A stretch of DNA of 64,000 bases from Lingula anatina (Eukaryota; Animalia; Brachiopoda), in NCBI GenBank assembly GCA_051362555.1, contig CM120640.1, positions 44,742,788-44,806,787 of the forward strand, given 5' to 3'. How positions within the stretch are numbered: the first letter of the stretch is position 1; every line of letters begins with the position of its first letter. Below the pieces are notes generated by a model. It did not search any database, was not told the DNA's origin, and saw only the letters and a list, made by a program, of their open reading frames with translations. A program made the position numbers and the translations under genes. Positions 14,201-27,500 of the stretch are shown here, in pieces.

Positions 14201-17200
14201 ACGAAATTATGTTATTTTCAGATATTGACGAATGTGCCACAAACAATGGTAGTTGCGCTCAGGTCTGTACCAACACGGCGGGATCCTTTACGTGTTCCTG
14301 TAACACCGGATTTACACTGGCTGCGGATATGATGGCATGTGATGGTAAATATGCTGCATATGTTTTAAAATGTGTGACAAAATATTTAAACAGACTTAAA
14401 ATAATTGATAAAAAGGAGCTTCATATGGTTTAAGCATTATTTCTTTGCTGAAAGATAAAGCGATTTAAAAGATTCTCTTGTTAACTTTTTCAGACCATTC
14501 AAAATTTACTCTACGATAATTTGTTACTTACAGATAATAACGAATGCGCCATAAGCAATGGTGGTTGTGCTCAGGTCTGTACAAACACGGCGGGATCATT
14601 TACGTGTTCTTGTAACACCGGGTTTACACTGGCGGCGGATATGTTGGCCTGTGATGGTAAATATACTGCATGTGTTTTAAAATATGTGACAAAATATTTT
14701 AACAGACTAAAAATATTTTATAAAGAGCGCCACAATAATGTATATGCGTTCTTGTTACGTTCTTGTTACTTATGTGAAGAGGAGTAAAAAGAGATGCTCA
14801 TCTTAATAAGGTTTCAAATTATTATGTGCTACACATTACAGAATTGCGTGATTTTCAGATATTGACGAATGCGCCATAAGCAATGGTGGTTGCACTCAGG
14901 TCTGTAACAACACGGCGGGATCCTTTATGTGTTCCTGTAATACCGGGTTTAGACTGGCGGCGGATATGATGGGATGTAATGGTAACTATACTACATATTT
15001 CATCAAAAATTCAGGGTTCAGGTCCGTTCAATGCAGAATATGTTTCATCAATATCTGGAAATCCTTTAACAGATCTATCTATTTCATGCATCTGCTCATT
15101 TTAAGGTGTCAACCTCTTTGCTGTAATGAAAGCAAGATTAATTTCAAAGATGTCCTTTTTTATTTTTAGATTATTGTTCGCTATACAGTACAAAATTTCA
15201 GATATTGACGAATGCGCCTCAAGCAGTGGTGGTTGCGCTCAGGTTTGTACCAACATGGCGGGATCATTTTCGTGTTCTTGTAACACCGGATTTACACTGG
15301 CTGCGGATATGTTGGCATGTAATGGTAAATATACTGCATATGTTTTTTTAATTTGTGAAAAGGAATTAACAGATTCCAAATATTTGATAAAGAGGGCCAG
15401 CGTAATGCATAAGCCTTCTTGTTATGATGGAGGGGATGGTCATCTTTTTTTTATTCAGTTTTTTACGTTATACAGTACAAAATTGTGTTAATTTCAGATA
15501 TTGATGAATGCGCCACAAGCAGTGGTGGTTGCGCTCAGGTCTGTACCAACACGGCGGGATCCTTTATGTGTTCCTGTAACGTCGGGTTTGTACTGGCGGC
15601 GGATATGATGACATGTGATGGTAAATGAATACACTGATAGATTTTTAATGTATCACAATTAGCCGCCAATCCTTATATGCTTCTAGGAATATACGATATC
15701 TTGTACAATTTAAAAATCTACTTATATACATGCATTTTCTGCTAATCCCTTAAGTGCTTGTCGTCGTGAAGCTTTTTATCATGTCACATTTCTTGGTGAT
15801 CACAATATCGTACAACTTGTTGCCAAATGGACTGTCTACAACTCCCTTTAAGGAATGGATAGAAACCCATTGCTGGAATCCAATTTAAACTTTAGTTTGG
15901 CAGTCTTAAAATATCAATATCTGCATCTTTTCACCAATTGTCCAGGATCACCCCCCCCCCCCAAAAAAAAAAAAAAGAAAAGAAAGAAAACAGAACCCAT
16001 AAAATTTTATTAAATCATAAAAAAGTCCATCTAATTTCAAGGTTTGAACTTCAGTCTGTGTACGATCATGCCACAAAATTTAGGTTATCTTGGTAGTTTT
16101 GTTTGAAAGTGTGACGTTGAGATGGCACTGCATTCAACGGACCTGAACCCCCCAAGTTTTATCTGTTCGGATATCTCAAGGATAATGTGTACCAGAACAA
16201 CCCTCAAACGATTGGTGAATTGAAGGCAGCAAATCACAGAAAAAATCAGGGAAATCCCCAAAGAGGAATGTGTTCGAGTAAATGACATTTTTGAGCGACG
16301 TATGCAAGTGTGCCTCCAACACCGCTGAGGTCATTTGAAAGCATATTTTGGAAAGAACATTATTTTTATGGAAACCGACCAAGATATTACAAACTTTGGG
16401 GGGTGATCGTAGGCGGACTGACTTTTAAGTGCAGCAAATTTCTTGAAATGTGATGGACCTTAGTAGTAGTTAATAAAATTTTTGTATAACAATGTATATT
16501 TAAAAAGACTAATGTAGACCAAGAGCTTAACTTGATTTTTATATACCTATACTGTATGTGTCAAGCGAATGGAACAAAAATGAAGTTTAATTGGTGTATG
16601 TGTATCAAAATCATCTACAAATTCAAACGTGTTTGTCTGTGATATAATATTGTTTTCTATGTATTGTAATTTTTGTGAATTTATGAAATTAGAAATATGC
16701 TCAGTGCATGCATGTATGTTGATAGACAACAATGGTTTACTCACTTAGTTTAAAGTTACGAGACAGATGAGGCCTAGCGGTATAATAAAATTTATTTTCT
16801 AATAAGCTATATAAGCTTATGTAAGGTTGCTCATGGTCTAGTAATAACGAATATAGACTTTGTTGGAAGAACCGCTGTGTACAGTTGGTAATATAAACTA
16901 TTTACTCTGTGTTGGCTGCTCAGAAAAAAGACGGGAAACATTTCTTTTATACAGACCGTACCTGTTATTGTTTTAAAAAACTCCGATTTTTTTACACTCC
17001 TTTGTCATCTATCTTGCCTAGATGCCACTGAATTTGTTTCCTTATATTTATTTGTGTTATGTTTGTAAATGTTTATAAACAGTGACTTTATGTATCTATA
17101 TATTTTGATCCTTACGCCTGTCCAAGTTATCACTGTCCAACACATCTGTTGTCCACCTTAGCTAAAGTAACTGCGAAACCATTTGTTTTACTTTACTTAG

Positions 17201-20200
17201 TAATTTAGTAATAATTGTTATGTCTGAAAGTTGAGGTAGGTTATATCTTTTCATACTTAATGAGGTATTATTAAAACTACATAATTTTAATTTAAGAGAT
17301 ATACGGAATATTGCCAGTGTTAAATCAGCTGTGGTTGTCAGTTGATAACAACTCAAAATATTTAAATGGTGCTGACATAGTTGTGTGTACTCATGGCAGC
17401 AAACCAAAGGAACTTGTGGAGATGAAAACATTTACTTGTATTAATGTTTTTTGTAAATATTAATACAATGTTTTTTCTGTTTGGTGTCTGTATATTTGAC
17501 AGATTTCTTGTCTAGTTTCAACTCAAAACATCCGACTTTGCCCTCTCGTTCCCCGCTGTATTCTGCACCATTAGATATAAAAACCGGTCATGAAATCTTT
17601 TTTTGTCCAGTTTCTGCCGTGAACGAGTGTGCTACAAGCAATGGTGGTTGCGCCCAGGTTTGCACTGATACAGCGGCCTCCTTTACGTGTTCCTGTAACC
17701 CCGGGTTTATGCTGGCTGCCAATGCGATGGATTGTAATGGTAAATACCATGTTAATAAGGCGAACCTAATTAACTCCAAAATTACCCTTTACACGGAATT
17801 CCACTTACTGTGTATTTTCTCATAAATTATCGATGTCAGTCGATAGCTTTTCTTCATCCATGTGTAAAGATCAAGGCAAAATGCTTAAAGTCATAATAAC
17901 TCTTCATTTTGGCCAAAAATTGGATTTTCCTGGAGTAAACGGCAATTTTCCCGTACTTACCAATGGTCAGCGACCCCATTCCTGCATTCAAAGTTAATCC
18001 AGGGTTTTTTTCCTAAACGTACGGTTTTTTGTTAAAATCTCTTAAGAGATTTTAACTGACGGAGCTCTCTCTGACATCGCATAGTCACTGTTGACCTACT
18101 TAAAACCGCGGGAAAAGCAGACAACAACAACACTATATAAGATTCATGAGATATATTCGTCTTTTTGTTAAAAATACATTAATATCCACAATGTGTGCCG
18201 TTCTGGGCTTTTTGTTATCCGACGCACTGTACAAAAACTCGCAACTTACGTCTGCGTCCGCATTAATGCGTTTGGCGCCATATGTTATTTTGGTCTCGAA
18301 TGAACGCGAGAATCCGCGTGACACCATTACGTCATTAGCAACGAATGCCTTGATGAAAGCTTCGAAAGCCCTATTGACAAGCACAGATTTTAGTTTTACT
18401 ACAATAACGGCCGTTTTAGTGGTAAAATACAATAGAATATATTTCCATGCGTTGTTTACAATGTATTTCATGCGGAATTTTGAATCTCAAAGGAAGAGTT
18501 ATTATTGCTTTAAGCAAAAAATTATTCCCAACCGGCTAGAGACTGCTGCTATCTGGAAGAAGTGCACGTGTACACCATGCGACTACTCAGCACTGAAATC
18601 CAACATCACTACTTTGGACCAGTGTTTTTTATAATGGATACCCTGCAATTCGCTTAATTGTACAATAGTGCAAAGTTTTAACGCAATGAAATTAAATTTT
18701 TGCTGACGCTTCCGTATCCACTTGAAATGTGTTTAATAATTTTGCAAAAATAAATAAATAAAATAAAAATAAATTAACAGACTAATAGGAACACCATAAG
18801 GTATGAGCGTTCTGGCTATAATGGAAGAGAAAGAGGAACTTCTACTTTCAAATTCAAAACTTGCTTCACAGTACGAAATTATGTTATTTTCAGATAAAAA
18901 CGAATGTGCCATAAGCAATGGTGGTTGCGCTCAGGTTTGTACCAACACGCCGGGATCATTTACGTGTTCCTGTAATACCGGGTTCACACTGGCGGCGGAT
19001 ATGATGGGATGTAATGGTAAATATACTGCATATGTTAAAAAATCACGTAAAGTATTTAAACATACTCAAAATATTTGATAAAAAGAAGCATTATATCGTA
19101 TAAGCATTCTTTCTTAAAAAGTCTTCTTCTGTTAACTCTTTCAGACCATTCAAAATATACTATACAGTTCGAGATTGTGTTATTTTCAGATAATAACGAA
19201 TGCGCCATAAGCAATGGTGGTTGCGCTCAGGTCTGTACAAACACGACAGGATCATTTACATGTTCTTGTAATACCGGGTTTAAACTGGCTGCGGATATGT
19301 TGGCATGTGATGGTAAATATATGTCTTACTTTTATGTGTTTGTTATGGTAAGAAGATGCAAGCAACGTTAATGAATGTTCATTTTAAAAGCGTAGAGTGA
19401 TATTTGATCAGTTTAACATGAGAATTCACAGCAGTCCATTGATGTCTCCTCCATCCCAGTGTACTTTCATAGTTCCATTCATAACAAGAAAAAAGGCAAC
19501 AAAGAATATCGATGTTCGAGATTCGGCCAAACAAGACCGCTTTTATTATATAACCCCACTATCCTAATCATTTCAACAATAATAACAAAGTAAGAAATTG
19601 TTGCTTGTATTAAATGTTATGGCCTTAGGGATAAAAAAAATATATATCAAATATTCAATAAGACTCATCATTCAACAAATATGACGAGTATGATGATGTG
19701 ATGTGTCAGCAAAAGTTACTATTAACCAACAATTTTGCATATATTTCGTTTGTGGGGTTGCAAAGAGGCTGCTGTGCAGATAAAAATATCATTTTTTATA
19801 CCTTCAGATGTGAATGAATGTGATACAGCTAACGGCGGGTGTGATCAGATTTGCACGAATACTGTTGGTACTTTCGTGTGTTCTTGTAATCCTGGGTTTG
19901 CCCTTGCAGCAGACTTGAGGTCTTGTGTTGGTATGCCCATTGCTCACATTGTTCGAGCACAGACTAGCTGTTTTAATGTCAAGATTATTAGTCATTGAGT
20001 CGACTGTTAAAATGTTTACATTTTAAGTTTTACCGATATAGAATATGTTATGTAGGTTTGTTTCTATTATCTTATACCTGCTAAATGAAAAATATAGTTT
20101 TGTACATGAGGATGTTTAACAGGCCCCTTTTTGTCTTTAAGATGTCACAGATGTAGATGAATGTTTGAATTCTAATGGAGGTTGTGAACAATTATGCACT

Positions 20201-23200
20201 AATACAGTAGGATCTTTCCTATGTTCCTGTCGGTCCGGCTTCGTGCTTATAAACAGGAGAGCCTGTGCAGGTATGATACATGTATATATATATCAGTCAA
20301 TTTTAACGAACGTTTGCCTTAGTTTGTAATTGGTTTGAATCAATTTAAAAAATAGAATTGAAACCATTGTCCTTTCAAATGTGCCAAGAAGCCCTAAGGT
20401 ACTCTTAATTGTGGAGTTATAAATATTATATTTTTTTGTTGAGTTGATAGATCTCTTGGTGCATAGCTATCGGTCTGGCGGCTATTAACGCCCCTAGTGA
20501 AACGATATGGTATGGTAGATTTGCAATAATACAATGAAATAGAAACTAAAGGCTAGGTATGTCCGAACAAATTGTTTCACCTGTTTTTGAATTGAAATTT
20601 ATCAAAACATTATTCATATGGACAAAAATCGTAGAAAGGGAGTTCATGCAAGGGTACATCATAAACAGTTTTTTCGTGTTTTCTTAAGTTATTTGCTATT
20701 TCACAGATATAAACGAATGTTCTGTGAATAATGGCGGCTGTAGCCAAAGATGTACCAACAATCCCGGATCTTTCAGCTGTTCATGTGACACTGGATTCAG
20801 TCTGGACTCCAATGGAAGGACATGCTCAGGTAAAAAAAATACAAATTTGGATTTATTCTACATAAGCTCTAAAGTGTTGGAAAGATAAAGAGATGTCTGT
20901 AAGTTTGGCAAAACTCTACATAACATATCGGTTGAAGCTAAAGACATACATAATTTTCAATTTGATTAAAAGATCATTCCAATTAAAACACAAAGACATA
21001 ATTTAATGGTTTAAAGATTTCCATGTGCAACGACACACAGGTATTCGTCTCTTAGGTGACCAAACAATACATTGACTGTTATTAAAAGAAATATTGTCTT
21101 ACCAATTTGTTCGACCTCCTTGGTCTTACTTCTTAATATGGTTATGGGCTTATAATTCAAGCTACTCAGCCACCCAACCCGTGCCTGACTAACAATGGCG
21201 GTTGTCAACAGATTTGTACGAACAATGGAGGCTCAGCCCAGTGTTCATGTAATGCTGGTTTTACCTTGGATAGCAACGGGATGACTTGTACTGGTAGGTT
21301 AAAACTTACGTTTCTAAAGCCCAATGGTAACTGATTATCGGCTGTCGCAGTAATTATGTGAATTTTGTAATTATTTAGATAGATTTAGAAACTAGAAATC
21401 ACGTACTGTTAAAATATTTGAACTCTGAAGTCTGATTATGGTTTATCACTTCAAACATTAGACCTACTCTCCTGCAGTGCTTCTGGCTTGAATCGCCGTA
21501 AAAAGCGTTTAATTTGTATATATTCAATTGACCCCAAGGCCAACTGTTAACCAACTACCATAGCTATTACTGGATTAGATAAATTTAAAACTAGCCATTG
21601 TATGGAAATGCAATTTTAAAGATGTAATATCTTATGGTCACTTCAAACGTATCTGTTTTTATGAAAAGAATTACGTTTGATAATTTCCTTTCAGTGGATC
21701 AACCACCAAATCCTTGTCTAATTGGAAATGGCGGCTGCCAACAGATTTGTATGAACAATGGGGGAACAGCCCTGTGCTCATGTAATGTTGGATTTACCTC
21801 AAACAATAACGGAGTGACTTGTGTTGGTAGGTCGTTATACATGTGCAAGATACGAATTTATTATTCATTATATACCTTTCCTTCCGTGAGCTTCGTGTAT
21901 CAGTGTCAGAATTCATGTAGGCTGCGAAATGTTCCAAAAATGTTCCAAACAAGCGATTTTTGCTTGTATTGGTGCAGTTTATTAAATCAGTATTATAATC
22001 TAAGTATTTTGATTGAATTATATTGAAACTAAAATAAAAGAATATTTTTCAGCCAATATACCTCCCACAACTGCTCAGCCAGCAACAACCAACCTGTTGC
22101 CAAGTAGCAATCTACCTCCGGCATCAAACACACCTCCGGGAAACAACCAGGCACAAAACCCTTGCCTGATAAACAACGGGGGTTGCCAACAGACATGTAG
22201 AAACAACGGCGGGATACCGCGGTGCACTTGCCTTGCTGGCTTCTCCCTGAACCCCGATGGGAGAACTTGCACTGGTAATAACATTATATTTCTACATTAA
22301 AGTAACCCCCTTTTGCGTCGCTACATTTACCTTTATTACATCTTTGATTACATGTAACTTTTCAAACCAAGCAGAAGCTTACTTTTTTACCTTAAATGAG
22401 CCAATTGTTCTGAGCAGTTGAACTGAAGTGGTGAGCATTGTATTAATTGAACCTTTTTGGTTCACGCTAGTGCCAATGTATACTGCTTAAGTAAATGTCA
22501 TTTGTGTAAATGAAAAATAACAGTATTTCTTATCGAATTTTACACATTATTTGGTAAAAGGTATTTAGTTTAAATGAAAATATGCCAGTGCTTCCATGTT
22601 CCCATGTTTCGCACGTTTCGAACATAGTCAGCTCATCATTGAATAATCTAGTTAGACAGCCAGGAAATGGCGTAACCAACCTGAAAGCATTTTTCTGTAT
22701 CGTTTTATACATAGCATTCATCTTCATAAACTCAAGTCTCGCGGACCAGAACATCTTTGGTGGTTTCCCGCTGAATGGTGTATCTTTTGAGAGCTGTTTA
22801 ATCATATGTCTCCTGACCACGAGTTGCGGGGCGCTTTCCTTTGACAACCAAAACGCTTGTGTTCTTCACCCTGTAAACACAGCATGTGGACAGACGTTCC
22901 CACAAGCTGGGACGACACTTTACCGGTTGACCACGTGTCCATCAGCTGATGCAGCACCACTTTCTAACATTGGATTCTTTTTTCAAGTTATAAGAGCACT
23001 TTTTGGTGAGTTAGATATTCTGAATTTTATTAATTTCATTGTTAATTAATTTTCCATTCGAAAATACAACATTCTATACAGTGAAGCGGTCTGTAACCTG
23101 CTTGCCTATAATTGAAACTTTGATATCACAGTCTAAAGTTTAGTTGAGTCACAAGACAACCAAAATAATTAATCAGTGATTTAGAGAGTGAGACCTTGTC

Positions 23201-23372
23201 ACTGCGCTTTTTTCAAAGTAAAAAAGTCGTTTATTTACATTTGAGTGAATTTCTCATAAGCACTAATTAAGTGATTTGCCCATCGGCACTTTCATCTAGA
23301 CTTAATATTTCGACAACTCCGCTTGTCTGAGTAAATGTAATAGTGATCAGTATTTTATTTACAGGTCTTTAG
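4536..23372 (+). CDS. Secreted astacin (M12A) zinc metalloprotease with SUEL lectin domain, 16 EGF-like repeats and C-terminal PAN/apple-like domain (multi-exon)
   Basis: Signal-peptide exon 4536-4617 ([28 protein letters not shown]; alternative in-frame ATG at 4509). Further phase-compatible GT-AG exons: 8834-8887, 9482-9507, 9840-9915 ([19 protein letters not shown]), 10257-10395 (TCIRWIPR), 10632-10813 ([19 protein letters not shown] zinc motif), 11628-11846 (YDYTSIMHY Met-turn), 12211-12516 (SUEL: AVFGR...[18 protein letters not shown]), EGF exons 13047-22274, PAN-like exon 22715-23005, last exon 23365-23372 (GL*). Confidence 0.88.
5224..5310 (+). repeat. Compound (CT)n(CA)n(GA)n microsatellite
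   Basis: Direct reading. Confidence 0.95.
6460..6511 (+). repeat. (TA)n microsatellite
   Basis: Direct reading; similar tracts near 37820-37862 and 49815-49871. Confidence 0.95.
6678..8339 (-). mobile_element. Degenerate full-length Tc1-like DNA transposon in astacin intron 1
   Basis: About 28-bp TIRs CAGACTTGACATTTAATATG flanked by TA. The minus strand encodes interrupted [17 protein letters not shown] (compare WPSxSPDLNPIENLW) near 7180-7230. Confidence 0.8.
8766..8813 (+). repeat. (TAA)n microsatellite
   Basis: Direct reading. Confidence 0.95.
10632..10813 (+). other. Astacin catalytic exon (HExxHxxGxxH)
   Basis: [20 protein letters not shown]...[23 protein letters not shown], bounded by ttag and gtaatg. 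Confidence 0.95.
11208..11286 (+). repeat. Compound (GT)n(GA)n(GC)n microsatellite
   Basis: Direct reading; other GT/CA tracts at 32901-32940 and 51973-52036. Confidence 0.95.
12027..12199. mobile_element. Foldback/MULE-like MITE with 9-bp TSD CAATATTTT
   Basis: Inverted arms built from tandem TCCGAAGGTTCA(A/T)T(A/G)G units, G-rich ends, identical 9-mers at 12018-12026 and 12200-12208. Confidence 0.75.
12211..12516 (+). other. SUEL/Gal_lectin (rhamnose-binding type) domain exon
   Basis: Eight-cysteine pattern with the AxFGR and FGDPC..xYKYL.V.YxC signatures. Confidence 0.9.
13435..13590. mobile_element. About 156-bp MITE with TGTAAC...GTTACA ends (Ginger-like)
   Basis: Second copy of 1705-1869. 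Flanks CGGG and CCTG are each one change from CCGG; the empty CCGG site is visible in the duplicated intron near 17584. Confidence 0.7.
16110..16350 (+). mobile_element. Tc1/mariner-superfamily transposase C-terminal relic
   Basis: Frameshifted [31 protein letters not shown]...[10 protein letters not shown], similar to SPDLxPxDFFLWGYLKDxVY. Confidence 0.75.
17889..18509. mobile_element. Kolobok-like non-autonomous element (TTAA TSD, AG...CT ends)
   Basis: TTAA|AGTCATAATAACTCTT...AAGAGTTATTATTGCT|TTAA; further copies near 36150-36440 and 41214-41378 (reverse). Confidence 0.7.
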
Positions 23373-24191
23373 AAACCTTAAGTGTCACCAAATGTTCGCC
23401 ACGTCCTCCAGACAGGTACATACAGATGAAGTGTCAAGTAACCCCGCAGTAGTCACATTGAAATGGGAGAGCGCTTGTGTAGACTCTTGAATCTGTTGTA
23501 ACTTCTGGTATGGAGAAAATGCCTCCAACAGAGGTGGATCTTTGATTTCATCAATTTACTGGCATACATGTGCGAACTTTACCCGTAAAATAAATGCAGC
23601 CAAAATAACTGATGTGTTGAATATTTCTATTCACCAAGGTTGATTGAAGGATTCACCAAGGTTGATTGAATCCTATTTTTTCGTATTTAATGCTTACTTA
23701 CACCTTTCTTTTGAACAATGAAAATAATCCGTTGAAAGAAATAACACCAACAAATTGTATTTACTCAGCCGTTTACTAGACGGTTATAGCCAAAATATTA
23801 CAAATTATAATTATTTTTGCTATTATACATGTACATATATTGCATTTTACATCATGTTAAAATTCCCCCTGTTACAGTTCACATGGTGCCCATCTTACAC
23901 TTTAGTTGTTTTGTGCATTTTTAATTGGTATTTTAGGGTACTATAGATAAATAATTTCAAGGGAAAAACATAAAGACGCCAGGAGACAAAAGGACTCAAA
24001 ACATTTATGTTCAACGTAAGTTAGTGCCCGGGTGAAGGCATTCATTATTGTGATCAGTAAGAGAAAGCAAGTACAAAATAACGTTTAATGGTGTAGTAAA
24101 AGTTAAGACTACTGATAACCTATTACTGCAATTAAATTGACGCTTAGTACCACTACTAGTGTATTGAAACCCCACGAGCAGTATATATTTA

Positions 24192-24225
<34 letters not shown>

Positions 24226-24557
24226 AGAGGAAAAAAACACTCTCTGAAAGTTAAATTACCTGATAATGTACATAGAGAATATACTTATCTACTTTGAGCA
24301 GTTCTATAATTATGTTTTAGTTTATATAAAATAAGGAATAAGGAAAAATAACAAAAGCAGTTCACCGGCGGCTAGAGGTGTAGCAAACCACGCCATAATT
24401 ATGCACTACCACTACCCCATATCTTCATAATGTGACTCTTTCTATAGTTTTCCAAGTTGGACTGTCGCCGATGCAATAAACATTTCAGTTAATTAAAAAA
24501 ATATATATTTCAGTGTCGATTTGCGCCATGCATGTAATTACGCTCAGAAAAGGCATA

Positions 24558-27500
24558 TCAAAATTTGGTGCTTTCCCCTTTCTCCGAAAATGCTTCATTG
24601 CTGTAACCATCTGTGTCGCTGTTTTCCAAGTTAAAGTTAACCTGACTATCTTTCCTAGTCCCGCTTTTATCATCACCCTCTTGCCCTGGCAATACCACAG
24701 GAAGGACGAAGGTTTCCAGACCACCTACAAATAATGATCACAATTCTCTATTTAGTGCAATTAGATGATACATTTAATTCATTAACAATCGAAGTGCATG
24801 CTTATGATTTCTTCGTTTTACTCTAACTTATGAGAGATAAGTAGCCCGAAATTATCACGTAATATTTTTTCGGTAAACTTAAAGCTGCTTGTAAATCGTT
24901 ACGCAAAGGGAAATCTGGCAAAGAACCACACCCGGTCTTAAAACACAATTGATCTAACAAGCCAGTTCACTTGTGAAATGGACAGGCATAGTTATGACAA
25001 AGCTGATAGAAGTAGCGTTATTTTAACAGTCTAAAAAATTAACAACCAATTATTTGATGAGAGTGCACAACATATGCAGCTGCATATAACGTTTAATGGC
25101 TTTATCACCATCATTATGTTTTAAAAATATCCTACTTATACTTTGAATATTCAGAAATTGAAACTATTACAGGGCTCCATACTTTAAAAATAGATGAAAA
25201 AATAAAAGGAAGAGTCTATTTATAAAAAAAGATTGGTGAACAGTGGTTTGTATTGATGTAAATTTGACTTTGGTCCTCACGGGAATACAGGAAAGCTCGA
25301 TCAAGACCTGTAAACCTTCCAGTCAAAATCAAGTTATCACATTTTTATGAATCTGCAGGTATACCTGTTTATGATATGTAAAATCATCTGATGAAAATCT
25401 AAATACCTATCCTCATCCTCTCCCCCCCCCACCACCACCACCAAAAAAAAGAGTAAATAAATGAAAATAAAAAAGTAAAGCATGATAATGATAACATCAG
25501 AATATATGATCAAATATGTACTTAATCTCACAATCTGCGTTATTGTTCGGTATATATTTCAGATAGAGAGTATACCTGAACTGTTCATCCGGTTTTTCCC
25601 TTTAGCGTTAATGTGGCCAGCGCTCCAGCCGTCTCCCCAGGCCTCAGACGGGTAGGCAGGTTCACCGTGCTTGGGGACATCCAGTCCTGAAAGATACAGT
25701 GTAAACCGTGACTGTGTATTGGATGCCGTCTTGTCTAGTATTACTAAATATTGTTACTCTTTTAACACATTCAATCGAAAGCTATATACAACCGAAAAAG
25801 CCATACGCATCAGGGCCAGGGCATAATTTTTTTCATAGTTACCTCAACTGTAAATATTTTTCAATTAAAAAGAACAGTGAAAAAGACGAAACTATCTTCA
25901 GCTACGATTTACATAAGTTACTATAACTCACATATTTATGGACTGTATAGTATATAAGTACACACATACAAACATTTAAATACACCGTTATTTAAGAGCA
26001 AGTTTACCTCTAATTTCGAGTTCTTGTTCGACTCTTAACAGCTTAAATGCCTTTAAGGATCCAAAAATGATCGCACTGATGGCTGCTGTCCAGAAAATGA
26101 TCGCAACAGCGCCAAGCATATTTACGCCAAAACCCTAAAATATGAAATACATTTGTTGAAATAAAAGTACACCAAGGAGCACGGTGAAGAGCAGTCAGAT
26201 AATATCCATTTACAAGCTACAGAGTTACATAAGTGTTTTACAAATCAGCATCCCGAACCCAAACTTGCAAAGAACGAGAAAACATCACTCGTCTCATCAC
26301 TTGAACTTACCAACCAAGCGTCGGTGTTGCTAGGGTTGTAGATTATCCCGTCTATTTTCAGTATAGGAGCCAGAAGAAGACCACAGAGCCCACCGCCACC
26401 GTGTACTGAAAACAAAGAACGTGTATTTAAATCAGTTAAATAAACAGGCCTTGTGCCAACCATGTTTTGTAGCGCCCCTTCAGCAAAACGTGCTTGTCAA
26501 GACAATGATTTTTACGCTGTGGGGACAGCTCTGCTGATCAGTAAGCTAATAGTTCGCTCCTAGAAATCTACAGTATATCGCAAAATCTTCTTTGCGTTGT
26601 CGGCTAGCTTAGTTAAGTAGTCTAGGCTAAGTCCAAAAAAATTTGAGGAAACTGATCCTTGGTTTTGTCTATAATTTGTCTGAAATATAAACGTGACGCA
26701 TTTGAATTATTTAAACATAACATAACATGTCGGTTTCTTCAAGTTGCGTTTAATTTTTTCACAACCGAATACCTGCTACGGCGTCTAAGGGGTCGTCAAT
26801 TTTCATTTTCTCCACACCCCAGCTCCAGAGCAGGTACGTGATGCCGGAGATCAGACCCAACACACAAGCTGCCCACGGCTCCATCACGTTACAGCCAGCG
26901 CAAACGGCAACCTAGAGACATACTGTGCATTTAGAGCTGAACAATGAGGAATGTAAAAACTATAATTATTATTATAATTAATCAGCTTTGGGAAATTAAA
27001 AAGAAGTAACACGTGTATCTTATAGTCGACTTCGTCTTGTACACCGCAAATAATCATCAGAATCACATATTTAGTAAAAGCGAAGAAAAATGATAATTTT
27101 AGGAAACCCTTTTAGCATATAATCACCTGAAGTATAATCTATTTAATATACAAATGTCACTATCTGCTTTTTTAAAAAAATTGCATCTTTAAACAATCTA
27201 ATATAGTTTAGTTCTATTTATCTCCTCTTGGTTGTGCCCCTTAATTACCATTCCGGTTAGAGCACCGTTAATCGTGCTCAATAACTTCCAGTCGTCAGTG
27301 CTATGGCGATCACACTGAAAAAAAAACAATTTAATGAACAGAGATGATTTCATACAAATATTTAAATTTCACCTGTAATGAATATCTGCATCAGTAAATA
27401 GTTTCAACATTAATTGAATGGTGGTTTGTTTTTTCGTTTTATATATATATATATATATAAATTATTATTCTTACGGCAGAAATTACAAAACCAACACATT

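Larger units (their letters stand above)
13047..22274 (+). repeat. Array of 16 phase-1/phase-1 EGF-like exons, most with the calcium-binding D-I/V/N-D/N-E-C start
   Basis: Exons start at 13047, 13619, 14222, 14534, 14859, 15202, 15498, 17611, 18894, 19190, 19808, 20151, 20707, 21162, 21695 and 22053. Most are about 123 nt with consensus [37 protein letters not shown]. Confidence 0.92.

Noticed and set aside
18133-18634. 162-aa and 112-aa ORFs
   Set aside because: They lie in or across a non-autonomous TTAA element within an intron and show no recognisable domain.
23630-23670. 22-bp tandem duplication in the astacin 3' region (also short tandem repeats near 35530-35645 and 58135-58245)
   Set aside because: Ordinary slippage duplications with no further signal.
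24485-24724. 79-aa ORF MVWKPSSF...
   Set aside because: Wrong frame; the phase-1 splice from the previous Amt exon gives the STKF* reading.
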